Shown piece after piece: positions 38,201 through 48,339 of a stretch of 64,000 nucleotides of DNA (its first letter is position 1; each line of letters begins with the position of its first letter). The notes below the pieces were generated by a model, which worked only from the letters and a program-made list of their open reading frames with translations, was not told the origin of the DNA and made no database searches. The stretch is from Antechinus flavipes (lineage: Eukaryota). The stretch covers positions 453,902,001 through 453,966,000 of the forward strand of contig NC_067399.1 of NCBI RefSeq assembly GCF_016432865.1, in the 5' to 3' direction. Made by a program: the position numbers and the translations under genes.

Positions 38201-41200
38201 GTATCAGATTTATCTGTGCACAAGACTAATTCCCCAAATATAATATGAGCTTCTCAAAGGCTATAATTTTTACATCTTTGTATCCCCAGAACTAAGCATA
38301 GTGCCCTTGTACATTAGTAAACATGAAATTTTTGTTGAATTTGAACTGAGCAACCTTTCATCAGGTTTAGGCAGAGCAACAGCATGCTGAGTGGGAAATT
38401 CAAAGGCTATTCAAGAGACTAGGAATAGAACCATTTGACTGAGGCAAATGGAAAAAGAAAGGTGAATTTTGGATGAAACTGGGAAGGAAACTGGGTGACA
38501 AACTGTGGAAAACTCTAAAAGCCAGAAGAACTTGAACTCTATTCTGAAAATAAATGGAAGGTTTTTAGGCAGAGGAAAGAAACAATCAAAAAAATGGAAG
38601 ATTAATCTGGCAGCATGTGTAGAGGAAAGACAAGAGTTTGAAGAGCTAATTAGGAGACTGCTACTATAGTCCAAAGATAGCGGAGACAATGGACTGGACA
38701 GAGAAATAATGAGATGCGGAATTTAGACTTGGAAGTGACCTGAAAGATACTGAAGAACTAGAAGGCTTAGTTAATTTAACTAAATACTGAAGTAACTGAA
38801 TCAATAAGTATCCATTGATTGTCTAACATCAATCATTAAGAATGCATTAATTATCTATATGTCAATTATTATGCTGAATGCTGGGGATATAAGTACAAAG
38901 AATGAAATGATCCCTACTTGCAAGAATGATCTGAATTCCTAGACTTGAATTCAGACTTTATGAAATTTCCAACCCCAACTATTTGAGGTTATTAGTTGTG
39001 ATGGACTAAGGCTTTGATTATAACATCCTGGACACCTTAGAAAAAGAACAATGTCAGGAAACTATTATTGTAACATTAGCCTTATCTCATCCTACTCCCC
39101 TTCATGTACTCTGTGTTCTAGTCAAACTAGACGACTTTTCATTTCCCCGTTTTTCTGCCTCTGTTCACACTGTTCTCTAAGAGTGATACAGAATTCAATA
39201 TTTCCAACTGTATTTTAGAAACCCTCCCCTCTTTCAAGGTTTAATGCTTCTCATTTTACATTCTGACTAATCTTGAATCCCAAAGAAAGTGATCTTTTAC
39301 CTTCTTCATGTTCTCATGACACTTTCTTTTATCATGCTAATTTTATTTTGCTCCTATAAGGTTTGGGAAGATTGCTACTGGGTCATCTTTGTATCCCCAG
39401 CACCTACTCAGCACAGTACTTCCTACATATTAGGGCTTTAAGAAAATGTGTCCTGAATTGAACATTTCAGACCTGCAGGAGGCAGAAGTGAAGGACAGTA
39501 AGAGAGTCCCAGTATTCCTGAGAGGTAAAATTGGCAATAAGAAATGCAAATGTCCAGATGCAGAAATTGTGTGGGTGTGCATGCATGTGTTTATGTGTAT
39601 GCATATGTTCATATATGTGTGTCTGGGGGGAAAGTAGAGGAGAAAAAGAAAGAAGGAGAGAGAGAGGATGGATAATAAAAGTATATTATTTTCTGTACAA
39701 AATAAATCATAGTGAGTAGAAATAAATGAAGTCATAATAGAATCCGGCTAATCTGTTCTTCAAAACAGCTACTAAAAATACTTTCTTACTGGTGGAACAG
39801 TGGATAAAGTACTAGGCCTAATATCAGCAAGACTTGAGTTCAAATCTATCCTTAGACTAGCTGTGTGACCCAGAAGAGAAGTTATTTAGCCTGTCTGCCT
39901 CAGTTTCCTCAATGGAAATAAAATGGGGATAATAAAAGCACTTAACTTTCCAAGTTGTTGGGAAGTTCAAATGAGATAATATTTGTAAAAGCACTTAGAC
40001 ACATAGTACTATACAAATACTTATTCCTTTTCCTTCCCTTCCATCAGGAAGTTCACAGGTATTTCACAAAATCATTCTTTGGGGATCAGATCAAGAGAGA
40101 ATAGATATAGGTGAAAGTAGCATTGCTGACTAATGACTTCAAAACATGTGAAAGCTCATACACATAATTACTTCATAAATCCAGTCCTCCTCATTCAGAG
40201 GAATGTCTGGAGCTCCTTCTTTCTACACACATAGTTTTCAGCCTACAAACCGTGCTCTTTTGAGACCTTTTTTTTTTCTCCCTTCAAGGAATCTTGTTCA
40301 TTTTAACTTGATCCCAGAAACCCTAGGGATGATTCCAAGCAAAGATACCATACTTCAGGGAAGCCCTAAGTACAAAGACATCCTTAGAAATGATTCCCTG
40401 ACAGTGTAGAAATCCCCAATGTAAGTATGTTAGCAGTCTCTGCTGTAACATTTCCTCTGATAGAGAATTTAATCTCTTTTATTTTTTATGCTAGCATAAA
40501 CTTAGTACTTAATCCTTTTCTCATTCAGAGTCATAAATGCATTAAAAAGAAATATGGAATTTGAAAAAATCCTATGCAGATGAGGGTTTTTCCTTAATTA
40601 ACTTCAAGAAAAACTAGATTTTTCTGCTCTTATTCAGTGATTCCAATATATTTATATAACACTGTAAGGCTTTTGGAGAGTTTTCTACCTTATTCCATTT
40701 GATTGTCACAAAAACTTCAGTGAGGTAGGTGCTATTATTATTGCCATTTTACAGATAAGAAACTAAAGCTGAGAAATCATAAGTGACATGCTTAATCATA
40801 TCACTAATATCTGAGACACAGTTTGAACTTCCTGGCTTTAGGGAGATCTACAAACTGTACCATTAGAGGGTCTCTAATAATGCAGTTCCACCCCATACTT
40901 TTAAGAGCATTAACTGAATTATATAATTAAGAGTCTATTGAGTGACTGATATATTTACAAAGCTCTGACAGGTTCTAGGGGCAGATGCCAAAGAAAAAAG
41001 ATTGGCAAAACACATTCTTTCTCTTTAGCGCTTATAGTTTAAAAGGCTAAATAAAATAAGTCAAAGAACTAAAGTCCATAAGTAAGACGCAAAGGTCATA
41101 TCAGGATGCTGAAGACAGCAAAGACTGCATGAAGGAAATGTCAGGGGAATTAGGACTTAAAGAAGGGATAAAATTTTAATGGGCAGCAGTGAAAATCTTT

Positions 41201-42999
41201 ATGTTTGGAGAAGGAAGGGGAACAATTCATGGTGGTAATAGACTCCTAGAAAAGGAAAGCAGCTTGAAACAAAGGAAAAATTTGGGACATATTAAAGAAT
41301 GGCAAATAGCAGAGTCTATCTGGGCACAGAGTTTACCTAAGAAAGCAATGTTGGTCTGAAATACCACTACACACCTGTCAGATTGGCTAGAATGACAGGG
41401 AAAGATAATGGGGAATGTTGGAGGGGATGTGGGAAAACAGGGACACTGATACATTGTTGGTGGAATTGTGAACACATCCAGCCATTCTGGAGAGCAATTT
41501 GGAACTATGCTCAAAAAGTTATCAAACTGTGCATACCCTTTGATCCAGCAGTGTTTCTACTGGGCTTATACCCCAAAGAGATACTAAAGAAAGGAAAGGG
41601 ACCTGTATGTGCCAAAATGTTTGTGGCAGCCCTGTTTGTAGTGGCTAGAAGCTGGAAAATGAAAGGATGTCCATCAATTGGAGAATGGTTGAGTAAATTG
41701 TGGTATATGAATGTTATGGAATATTATTGTTCTGTAAGGAATGACCAGCAGGATGAATACAGAGAGGACTAGCGAGACTTACATGAACTGATGCTGAGTG
41801 AAATGAGCAGAACCAGGAGATCATTATATACCTCAACAACGATACTGTTTGAGGATGTATTCTGATGGAAGTGGATCTCTTCGATAAAGAGAGCCTTAAT
41901 TGATCAAAGATGGACAGAAGCAGCTACACCCAGAGAAAGAACACTGGGAAATGAATATAAACTGCTTGCATTTTTGTTTTTCTTCCCGGGTTATTTATAC
42001 CTTCTGAATTCAATTCTCCCTGTACAACAAGAAAACTGTCCGGTTCTGCACAAATATATTGTATCCAGGATATACTGTAACCTATTCAACATGTAAAGGA
42101 CTGCTTGCCATCTGGGGGAGAGGGTGGAGGGAGGGGAAAAATCAGAACAGAAGTGAGTGCAAGGGATAATGCTGTAAAAAATTACCCTGGCATGCATTCT
42201 ATCAATAAAAAGATATTAAAATTAAAAAAAAAAAAAAAAAAAAGAAGAAAGCAATGTTGGAAATGACTGTGGGTAAGTTACAGAGTCTTTGATACTAGGA
42301 TGAGGAACACAGACTTTATCAGGAACATAATAAATGACCTGTAAAACTAATTCATTTAGTATGGATTGATAAGATCAGAAACTGGTTCTTACCTGGGGGC
42401 TGTGCCTCTGGACACCGAACTGGGTGTTGGTTGGGAAAGTGAAACAAGGTCTTCATCACCTCCATCCTCATAAAAGCTGGCCAGGGCAATCTGAAAGAGA
42501 GTCACTAGTCCCTTAGAAACATCCCTTCATTTATCTGATATTTTCATTTCATTTACCTGGTATAAATCAGAAACACCACAGAGAAATCAAATTCTTATTC
42601 TGGTGGTACAGATTTATGGAAGAAACTAAGAAGCAGCTTTGAATTTTCTCTTCCGTAAAATATATGGCTTCTAAGGTCCCAACCACCTGTGACAATCCAT
42701 AAGCTCTGCCCAAACAAAGTTTGCTTTTCTATTATCACAAACACAAATTCTAATTGATCCTGACTAGGAGGAAGTAAATATTATGCAGAAGACACAGACA
42801 GTAGTAACTGGGTCAGATCAAACTTAAAACAGTGTTGTATTCCCCAACACAAATTCGAAGTGGGGGAGGAAAATAGTTCAGTTCAGGGCAATTTAAGAAC
42901 TGTCTTAATTGAGTACTTAAACTGGGCTAGCTTTCCTTACTAACTCTACTCCTGGAAGAAATTTTGTGTCTCTTTATTGGGAAATGCTACCAAGAAAAG

Positions 43000-43032
<33 letters not shown>

Positions 43033-44137
43033 CTGAAAAACCTTGCCTGGGCTGAGGCTGGGGGATAAACCAAGATGTCCCCTAGATACTATCCAGGAAA
43101 TTGGTCTGAATTCTTTGAAGGGGTGTAGGTGTGGTAAAAGATGAGAAAGCAAAGAAAGGTGGGGAGGAGAGGGTAAGTGAATTAGCAATGGCTGAGGGGA
43201 GGGTGGACATCATGGCTGAGATGGTCTTGGACTTAGGTAGAAGATGTGGACTCAATCTGCCACTTATTAGATGTACTACCCTGGGCAGGTCCCAGATTGT
43301 CAGCCTCAGTTTTCTTATCTGCAAAATGGAGAGAATATTTGCACTACCTCCTTCACAGGGTTGTTGGGGCTAATGGACCGGCCAACCTGACAGCGCTGTG
43401 GTCATGGGAATTATTATCACGAGTGTACAAGCAACCTGGATCTCTCCAGGAGGAATGTCACTCAGCTTTCCTGTCTGTCAGTGTTTGTATTTGCGTCAGT
43501 GACGCTCACGGTGTGTCAGCATCTGCGTGGGCCGGAGGAAGGTGGGCGTCTGCCTGAGTGTCCCCATGTGTGTGTCCCTGCAGTGTTAGCGCAGACAGGT
43601 GCCTCTGCCCACTCGTGCACGGCTCGTGTCACACACACGCACACACGCACGCACACACATGCACCCCGCGTCTCCGTGGCCCTGCCAGGGCGTGTACGTG
43701 TGTGTCTCTGGGCTGGGTCAGGCCTGCTCGTCCCTAGACGTAGACGAAGCCCAGAGAAGCCCTCCCACAGGCAGGCGCGTCCCGCCGTCTCCCGGGGAGA
43801 CGCTGTCCTGGAGCCCGCTCGGGCTGGGTCTCTCAGGAGAGGGTGAGGGGCGAGGATGGGGGCGGGGCCTGGGACCGGAGCCGAGGGTCCCCGCCCCCGC
43901 CTCACCACCTCCTCCCAGTCCGGCCCGGCCTCCCCCAGCCCCTGGATGACTCTGCGCTTCGGTCGCTGCGGCCTCTCCTGCCCGCCCCAGCCCCATGTCC
44001 GCCCGCTCGCCCGCTCGCGCCAGCCCCGCTGCTACCTGCAGGTCCCATCCGGCTGACTCGAGGAAGAAGCGGGCCCGGTCCTCCTCGGCCCCGGTCACCG
44101 CCACGAACTCCCTCAGCGCCTCCTGCCGCTCCGCCAT
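12706..44137 (-). CDS. NSFL1C: NSFL1 cofactor p47 (p97/VCP adaptor), whole spliced CDS span: join(44137-44036, 42490-42393, 34793-34719, 31391-31226, 30132-30040, 27771-27662, 24177-24040, 15336-15172, 12868-12706), 369 aa
   Basis: Exon lengths 102+98+75+166+93+110+138+165+163 = 1110 nt, in frame, all introns GT-AG. Translation [16 protein letters not shown]...NAVIVQRLI* matches mammalian p47 as I know it (UBA, two SHP boxes, SEP, UBX with FPN loop). Confidence 0.98.
13215..13919 (+). mobile_element. 5'-truncated L1 in intron 8 with (AAT)n tail
   Basis: 16-bp TSD AAAAAGCAATGTGCTC at 13199 and 13920; HCWWNC ORF2 end. Confidence 0.93.
15172..15336 (-). CDS. NSFL1C: NSFL1C exon 8 ([55 protein letters not shown]; UBX start)
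   Basis: 165 nt; acceptor ccttcctcag|C, donor AG|gtaaaa. Confidence 0.97.
18987..19141 (-). mobile_element. WSINE-like SINE (intron 7)
   Basis: Near-consensus copy with T-rich tail on plus strand. Confidence 0.88.
19670..20219 (-). mobile_element. L1 3' end in intron 7, abutting a (CA)n repeat
   Basis: Antisense L1 3'UTR text. Confidence 0.65.
20220..20267. repeat. (AC)24 microsatellite
   Basis: Direct reading. Confidence 0.98.
24040..24177 (-). CDS. NSFL1C: NSFL1C exon 7 ([46 protein letters not shown]; SEP end and second SHP box)
   Basis: 138 nt; acceptor ttcttctccag|T, donor AG|gtaaga. Confidence 0.97.
24560..26935 (+). mobile_element. Long L2 LINE remnant in intron 6
   Basis: Pyrimidine-rich L2 ORF2-type text ending in the L2 3' signature TAGCACTTAGCATGGTACCTGGTGCAT. 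Confidence 0.75.
26925..27030. repeat. AT-rich low-complexity tract at the L2 3' end
   Basis: Nearly pure A/T for ~100 bp. Confidence 0.85.
27662..27771 (-). CDS. NSFL1C: NSFL1C exon 6 ([37 protein letters not shown]; SEP domain)
   Basis: 110 nt; acceptor aattccag|GTG, donor GG|gtaggc. Confidence 0.97.
28160..29740 (+). mobile_element. L2 remnant in intron 5, with a MIR inserted at ~28825-29035
   Basis: L2 text ending CCTAGCATATACTAAGTGCTTAATAAATGCTTG. Confidence 0.7.
28396..28406 (-). promoter_or_regulatory. Consensus ARE (CNC-sMAF site) in NSFL1C intron 5, within an L2 remnant
   Basis: Plus strand TGCTGAGTCAT = ATGACTCAGCA(AAA) on minus; motif only. Confidence 0.45.
29833..29842 (+). promoter_or_regulatory. 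Second ARE core in intron 5
   Basis: ATGACTCAGC; motif only. Confidence 0.4.
30040..30132 (-). CDS. NSFL1C: NSFL1C exon 5 ([31 protein letters not shown]; first SHP box)
   Basis: 93 nt, phase 0/0; acceptor tctcttgtag|CCA, donor GAT|gtgagt. Confidence 0.97.
31226..31391 (-). CDS. NSFL1C: NSFL1C exon 4 ([55 protein letters not shown])
   Basis: 166 nt; acceptor ttccatgcag|G, donor AAA|gtgaga; retains the KSPNE and KSPGE proline-directed phosphosite motifs. Confidence 0.97.
34719..34793 (-). CDS. NSFL1C: NSFL1C exon 3 ([25 protein letters not shown])
   Basis: 75 nt, phase 2/2; acceptor ttcttcag|T, donor CG|gtgagt. Confidence 0.97.
35722..35868 (-). mobile_element. WSINE-like SINE (intron 2)
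   Basis: Consensus match. Confidence 0.85.
36176..36371. repeat. Tandem duplication, 2 x ~98 bp
   Basis: CTTAATTTAA.CTCTCACAGAAGCT... repeated at 36176 and 36274 with about 10 differences. Confidence 0.9.
37799..38067. repeat. Tandem duplication, 2 x 133 bp
   Basis: Copies at 37799 and 37932 differ at 2 positions by my comparison. Confidence 0.95.
41355..42244 (+). mobile_element. Young 5'-truncated L1 (ORF2 C-terminus, 3'UTR, polyA) in intron 2
   Basis: 16-bp TSD AAGAAAGCAATGTTGG at 41339 and 42245; open ORF2 end with [16 protein letters not shown] Cys-rich motif; long A tail. Confidence 0.95.
42393..42490 (-). CDS. NSFL1C: NSFL1C exon 2 ([33 protein letters not shown])
   Basis: 98 nt; acceptor ctctttcag|ATT, donor AG|gtaaga. 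Confidence 0.97.
44036..44137 (-). CDS. NSFL1C: NSFL1C exon 1 coding part ([34 protein letters not shown]; UBA domain start)
   Basis: AAGATGGCG start at 44137; donor CAG|GTAGCA at 44035; inside CpG island. Confidence 0.97.
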
Positions 44138-44301
44138 CTTGCCCCCGGTGCGCCGCCCAAACCGCTCCGGCCGGCACCGCGCTGCCCCCGCCTCCGCCGC
44201 GGCGTTCCGGCCGCAGCCCCGCCCCCTCCCGCCCTGGGCCGCGCGTGGTGTCCCACACAATGCCCTCCGTGTGGGAAACGCCCGCGGCCGCTCGGACCTC
44301 A

Positions 44302-44320
44302 CTGCGCCCCCTGGCGGGTC
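44302..44320 (-). promoter_or_regulatory. CTCF motif in promoter
   Basis: Minus strand GACCCGCCAGGGGGCGCAG contains the CCGCCAGGGGGCGC core consensus; motif only. Confidence 0.7.
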
Positions 44321-46805
44321 TCTCGAAGTAACTTCAGTCTCGTGGCGCGCTCCAGGACACTGATGGCCTAGCTAGTCTGGTTACAGCATCCCTTGCGATT
44401 TAGGGGAGCGTCCCAGAATCACAGGCTGCCAGAACTGGAAGCGACTTTGGAAGAGCCCGAGCACGATACTCATTACTTCCTCTGTAGGCTCCCCCTTCCC
44501 CCCCTGGAAACTCAGTTTCCCTACCTGTAAAATGAACCAACTGGACTAGCCTTACATCTCAGACACTGCACGCATTATTAACTTTCCTCCTCATAAGGAA
44601 TATTTCTATGGGTGATTCGGGAAATCCTCATCAAACGGGGCCCTGGTATCAATAGACATAGTGGTTATGTCTTCACTCGTGCTCATAAAAAGTCAGGAAA
44701 GATGAGGACAAGTTTAATGCTGACCCCTACTCCTTCAGCCTGGTTATTTGAGGTGAAAACACCCTATTTCAAAATGAGAACCAGAACGGAGAAAGCACGA
44801 CCCCTTCCTTCCTCCCATCTCCTGAAGCACATACAAAAATCACGGAAGAAAGCATAGCCTTCCCACCATGTCCACTTAAAGAATCAAGAATTAAATCTGC
44901 CAGCGTTCCAGAATGGGATATGGCCATTTATTTTCTGCGGGGTTCCTTTCACCATTCTAGAAACCTCTGAGACTCGATTCATGTAGTTTTCCAAAATCGA
45001 CCTAAATTTTTTTCCTCCAGTTTTCTTTCCTGCCAACCCTTCCCAATTAAAATCCTGATTCCCTTTGAATCTCACTTTTAGCCCAAACACAGCCACTCCA
45101 TCCTCTATAACTTTTGCACACATTTAATGAAGTTTTTAGGCAGTATAAGTTAACAAGCTTTTATTAAGCACCTTCCATCTGCCAGGTACTTTGCTAAGCA
45201 CACTGAGAATACAAAGAAAGGCAAATTTTGCCCTTGTCTTTAGAACTCATAACTACAGAGACATATTCAAACAACTGTGTTGGAAGATATATACAGGATG
45301 TAATCACCAGAGGTGACCGAAGAAGGGGGAATTTTAGCTGAGACTTGAAGGAAACCAGGAAGCAGAAGAACTGGGAACTTCAGAAATGGAAGATGCCAAT
45401 GAAATGAAATGAAAATTTTAGCCAATGAAAATGCCTTGGACTTTCTTGTGAAGAACAGTATGGAGCCAACTAATGGATCATATATATGTGGAGAGGAGTA
45501 AGATAACTGGAAAGGTAGGAACAGGACAAGAGATGAAGGGCCTTAAAAGCAAAACAAGATTTTATCTTTGATCATGGTAACAATAGGGAGACATTTTTAG
45601 TGTCTCAAATAAGTCTCTTGAATAAGGGAGTGAAATGTTTAGATCTGCAATTCAGGAAGATTATTTTAATAGCTGAGTGGAAAGAGATTTGAGGCAGGGA
45701 GGTAAAAAAAGAAGGCTATTTTAATAGCTCAGGCATGAGATGATAAGGATATATATGTCAGAAGACAGAATGATTCTTATGTTAGGAAGGTCAACTAGTT
45801 GGAGCTTGACAACAGATTCAAAAAGGAATGTGTATTATGGTGATTTGTATTCCTATTTATTTTCCTCCTTCTTTTGAACACTGATTAGATCTTTTGTTAT
45901 TGCTATTATTTATTGTTCAGTCATCTCAGAGTCTTCATGACCCACCCAGAATCACACAGCTAGTATCTGAGGTCATATTTGAATTTAGGTGTTCTGGACT
46001 TCAGGTGTGGCACTCTCTCTACTCTGCCACCTATCTGCTTAATCTTACTCTAATCAATGTCTGATCTAAGTATACTTTATATTTCTCCCAGTAATCAGGA
46101 AAGATCTCAGCATACTATAAATGTTTGTTGAATGCTTGGAAGAGTAGGTAAAAGTTAAATTAATCTTCCTTCAACTAAGAGAGTACAATTTCTTAATAGA
46201 TAAAGGACTTTTTACCATTCAGATGAAAGAAGATCAGGTCCAGTATCCAAGAGTATGGGTTCTCCTGTAGCAGACTCTGTTACTAACTAAGCCATCCCTT
46301 AGAACAAGGCCTGGCACATAGTGTACTTAACAAATATTTATTGACTGACTGACTGATGACACAGCCTTTTCCAGGTAATAGTCTTAATATTCTTTCCAGG
46401 TAAGTGGAATAAGTGTTATTATCCTCCATTTGATAGTGGAGAAAACAGACTCAGGAAAGTTTTATGACTTGTCCATGGCCACCTAAAGAAGAGGGCAGAT
46501 CATCTGCCTCCAAATGTTGTGCTTCACTATAACCTTACATCATTTTCTCTAATTATGTTTATGTGTCTTATCACAGGGGTATAATTCTGTCCTCACTTCA
46601 CAAGTCCTAGAAATGCTTTAGGAAAGAGAGGTGGGGTTGTCAGAAGAGGAGGAGGAGGGGGAAAGGAGAAGGGAAAAAGTAAGAAGGAAGGAGCAGATTT
46701 GAGAGGAGGGAAGTGATGGGGAGGATGGGGAGGTATAGGAGAGGGAAGAGGAGCAAGAGATGGCCTGGCTCTAAAAGGAGTTTAATACAGAAGTTGCATA
46801 TCCAG

Positions 46806-47250
46806 TGTCAGCTTCAAGGGAGAGGGCAGGGGACCTCTGTCCTGTAGAGGCTAGGGCAGGAGGTCTTCAGGAATCTGGGTGAATAGATGAAAACACAGAG
46901 GCTTTATTTCAGGAGAATTGAGGGGAGAGAGACAGAGAAATGGAGAGTGAAAAAAAGAGAAAAAGAAACAGAGACAGACAGACAGAGATTGAGAGGGAGA
47001 GACAGACAAACAGAGACAGTTAGAGATGCCTCCCATCTCAGCTCTACCTTTCCCAGAGAGTGCCTCCCCCTCCTTCCTGTTGATTCTCCCAAGACACAAA
47101 AAGGTTTCAGGGACCAGTGCTGGGAGTCTTGCATCATCTTTGCACTAATCAGTCAGCAAAGCTTTTCCTTTGGCTAAGTGCCATCTTTTCAACCCACTTC
47201 CAATGTCTAGAATCCCTCCTCACCCTGCCCATATGTAGAATTTCTACCTA
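46806..47250 (-). mobile_element. Probable LTR fragment (R/U5 side), pointing toward NSFL1C
   Basis: Minus strand has a CT-rich tract, then AATAAA (46903-46908), then a U5-like stretch ending GCTGACA; 5' end not located. Confidence 0.45.
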
Positions 47251-47259
47251 TCTTCGAGG

Positions 47260-47802
47260 TGTTGTGCCACAGTTTCCTTTTATTGTCCTTTTATTGTCTT
47301 GTCTCGGTTTCCCTAAATTGTTCTGCCTCAGTTCCTTGAATTGTTCTGTCTCAATCCCCTGGTTGCAACCCCCTTTCCTGACCATTAGGACTGAGATAAT
47401 TAGGGCCATAGAGATCTGGCATTCCAAAAGATAAAACTCCAGATGTTCTTACTCAGATACCTAATTGTATCCTCTATCTCTAAGTTCCAGACTTTCTGTC
47501 TCTAACATCAGAATTTATGGTCCTACCCCCAACCTGTCAGAACCGGATTGATGGTCCCTTCTTGGAAATTCCCACTCTCAGTGTTCTGACTCTGCCCCTG
47601 CCTTTGTCTACCCATATCGCTTAGAGCCACGTATATAAAAACCATTGGAATCTCACATTCGATGCTGCTGAATTCTTTGAGACATCAGCCCTGGGGCCAA
47701 AATGAATCCTTTGGTCCAGGAAAATCTCTCCCTCTCAGAAATCCAAATAAAATATTAAAAACTCTCTAATCTCTATCTTCCCTCTGTTTCTCCGGCATTA
47801 CA
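47260..47802 (+). mobile_element. ERV solo LTR
   Basis: TG...CA ends with imperfect inverted termini (TGTTGTGCC / GGCATTACA); TATATAAAA at 47632; AATAAA at 47746-47751; 4-bp flanks gagg/gaag (degraded TSD). Confidence 0.75.
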
Positions 47803-48039
47803 GAAGTTTAACTCAGGTGCCTCCTCCAACCAGATTTCCCTTAATTTGCCATTCTTCTCCCTTCCTGGCCTGGGCCTCCAGCCAGCAATGACCATGGCAG
47901 CTCACTCTGAGCTCACAGCACTTGGGGCTCTCTTTATGGCCCGATTCGCAGGGCTTGATGTGCAGCAGGTGCTTAATAAATGCCTGCTTGCTTGATTTAT
48001 TTTCCCCTACCAAGCTAACTTTTCACAGCTCTCTTAAAT

Positions 48040-48058
48040 GAGCCACTAGGTGGCGCAG
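48040..48058 (+). promoter_or_regulatory. CTCF motif in the head of a MAR1-like SINE
   Basis: GAGCCACTAGGTGGCGCAG fits CCAC(C/T)AG(G/A)(G/T)GGCGC with its CpG retained; motif only. Confidence 0.6.
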
Positions 48059-48266
48059 TGGGCAGAGCACCAGGCCTGACGTCTAAATCTGGCCTCAGAC
48101 CCTCGCTAACTGTGGGATCTTGGCAGGTGACTTAGACCTATTCATCTCAGTTTCCTCATTTGTCAAATGAGTTGGACAAGAACATAGAAAACCACTCCAG
48201 TGTCTCTATCAAGAAAACCCAAATGGGGTTATGAAGAATCGGACATGACTAAAAAAACTGAACAAC
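48040..48266 (+). mobile_element. MAR1-like SINE carrying the CTCF motif
   Basis: Head plus AAACCACTCCAGTGTC...AAGAAAACCCAAATGGGG tail. Confidence 0.8.
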
Positions 48267-48339
48267 TCTCACAAATGCCTGACAATGTTTATATAAATGA
48301 ATGAATGAATATAGTGGCTATAGCATCATAAGGTTTTAT

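Larger units (their letters stand above)
43490..44470. promoter_or_regulatory. NSFL1C: CpG-island, TATA-less promoter of NSFL1C covering exon 1 and proximal intron 1
   Basis: Abrupt rise in GC and CpG against a CpG-depleted background; multiple GC boxes (ggggcgggg, ccccgccc). Confidence 0.9.

Noticed and set aside
40289-40420. Plus-strand exon-like unit (poly-T tract, AAG acceptor, AAT|GTAAGT donor) antisense to intron 2
   Set aside because: No partner exon or promoter visible; such cryptic pairs are common in AT-rich introns.
41383-41772. 129-aa ORF and similar ORFs at 13209, 55430, 60702 and 60999
   Set aside because: C-terminal fragments of L1 ORF2p in truncated elements, not host genes.
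43002-43030. Isolated poly-A/T runs (also ~58207 and ~59218)
   Set aside because: No flanking TSD or element body recognised; treated as simple homopolymers.
44138-44302. 55-codon in-frame extension upstream of the ATG starting at GTG
   Set aside because: Probably begins upstream of the transcription start, has no protein similarity, and is explained by GC content.
43481-44363. Cluster of overlapping 66-194 aa ORFs, including the 194-aa read-through of exon 1
   Set aside because: Expected from stop-codon scarcity in a GC-rich CpG island; low-complexity Pro/Ala/Gly/Arg products. Only 44137-44036 is real coding sequence.
44906-44967. Two TTCnnGAA heat-shock-element half arrays
   Set aside because: Only two perfect nGAAn units each; frequent by chance.
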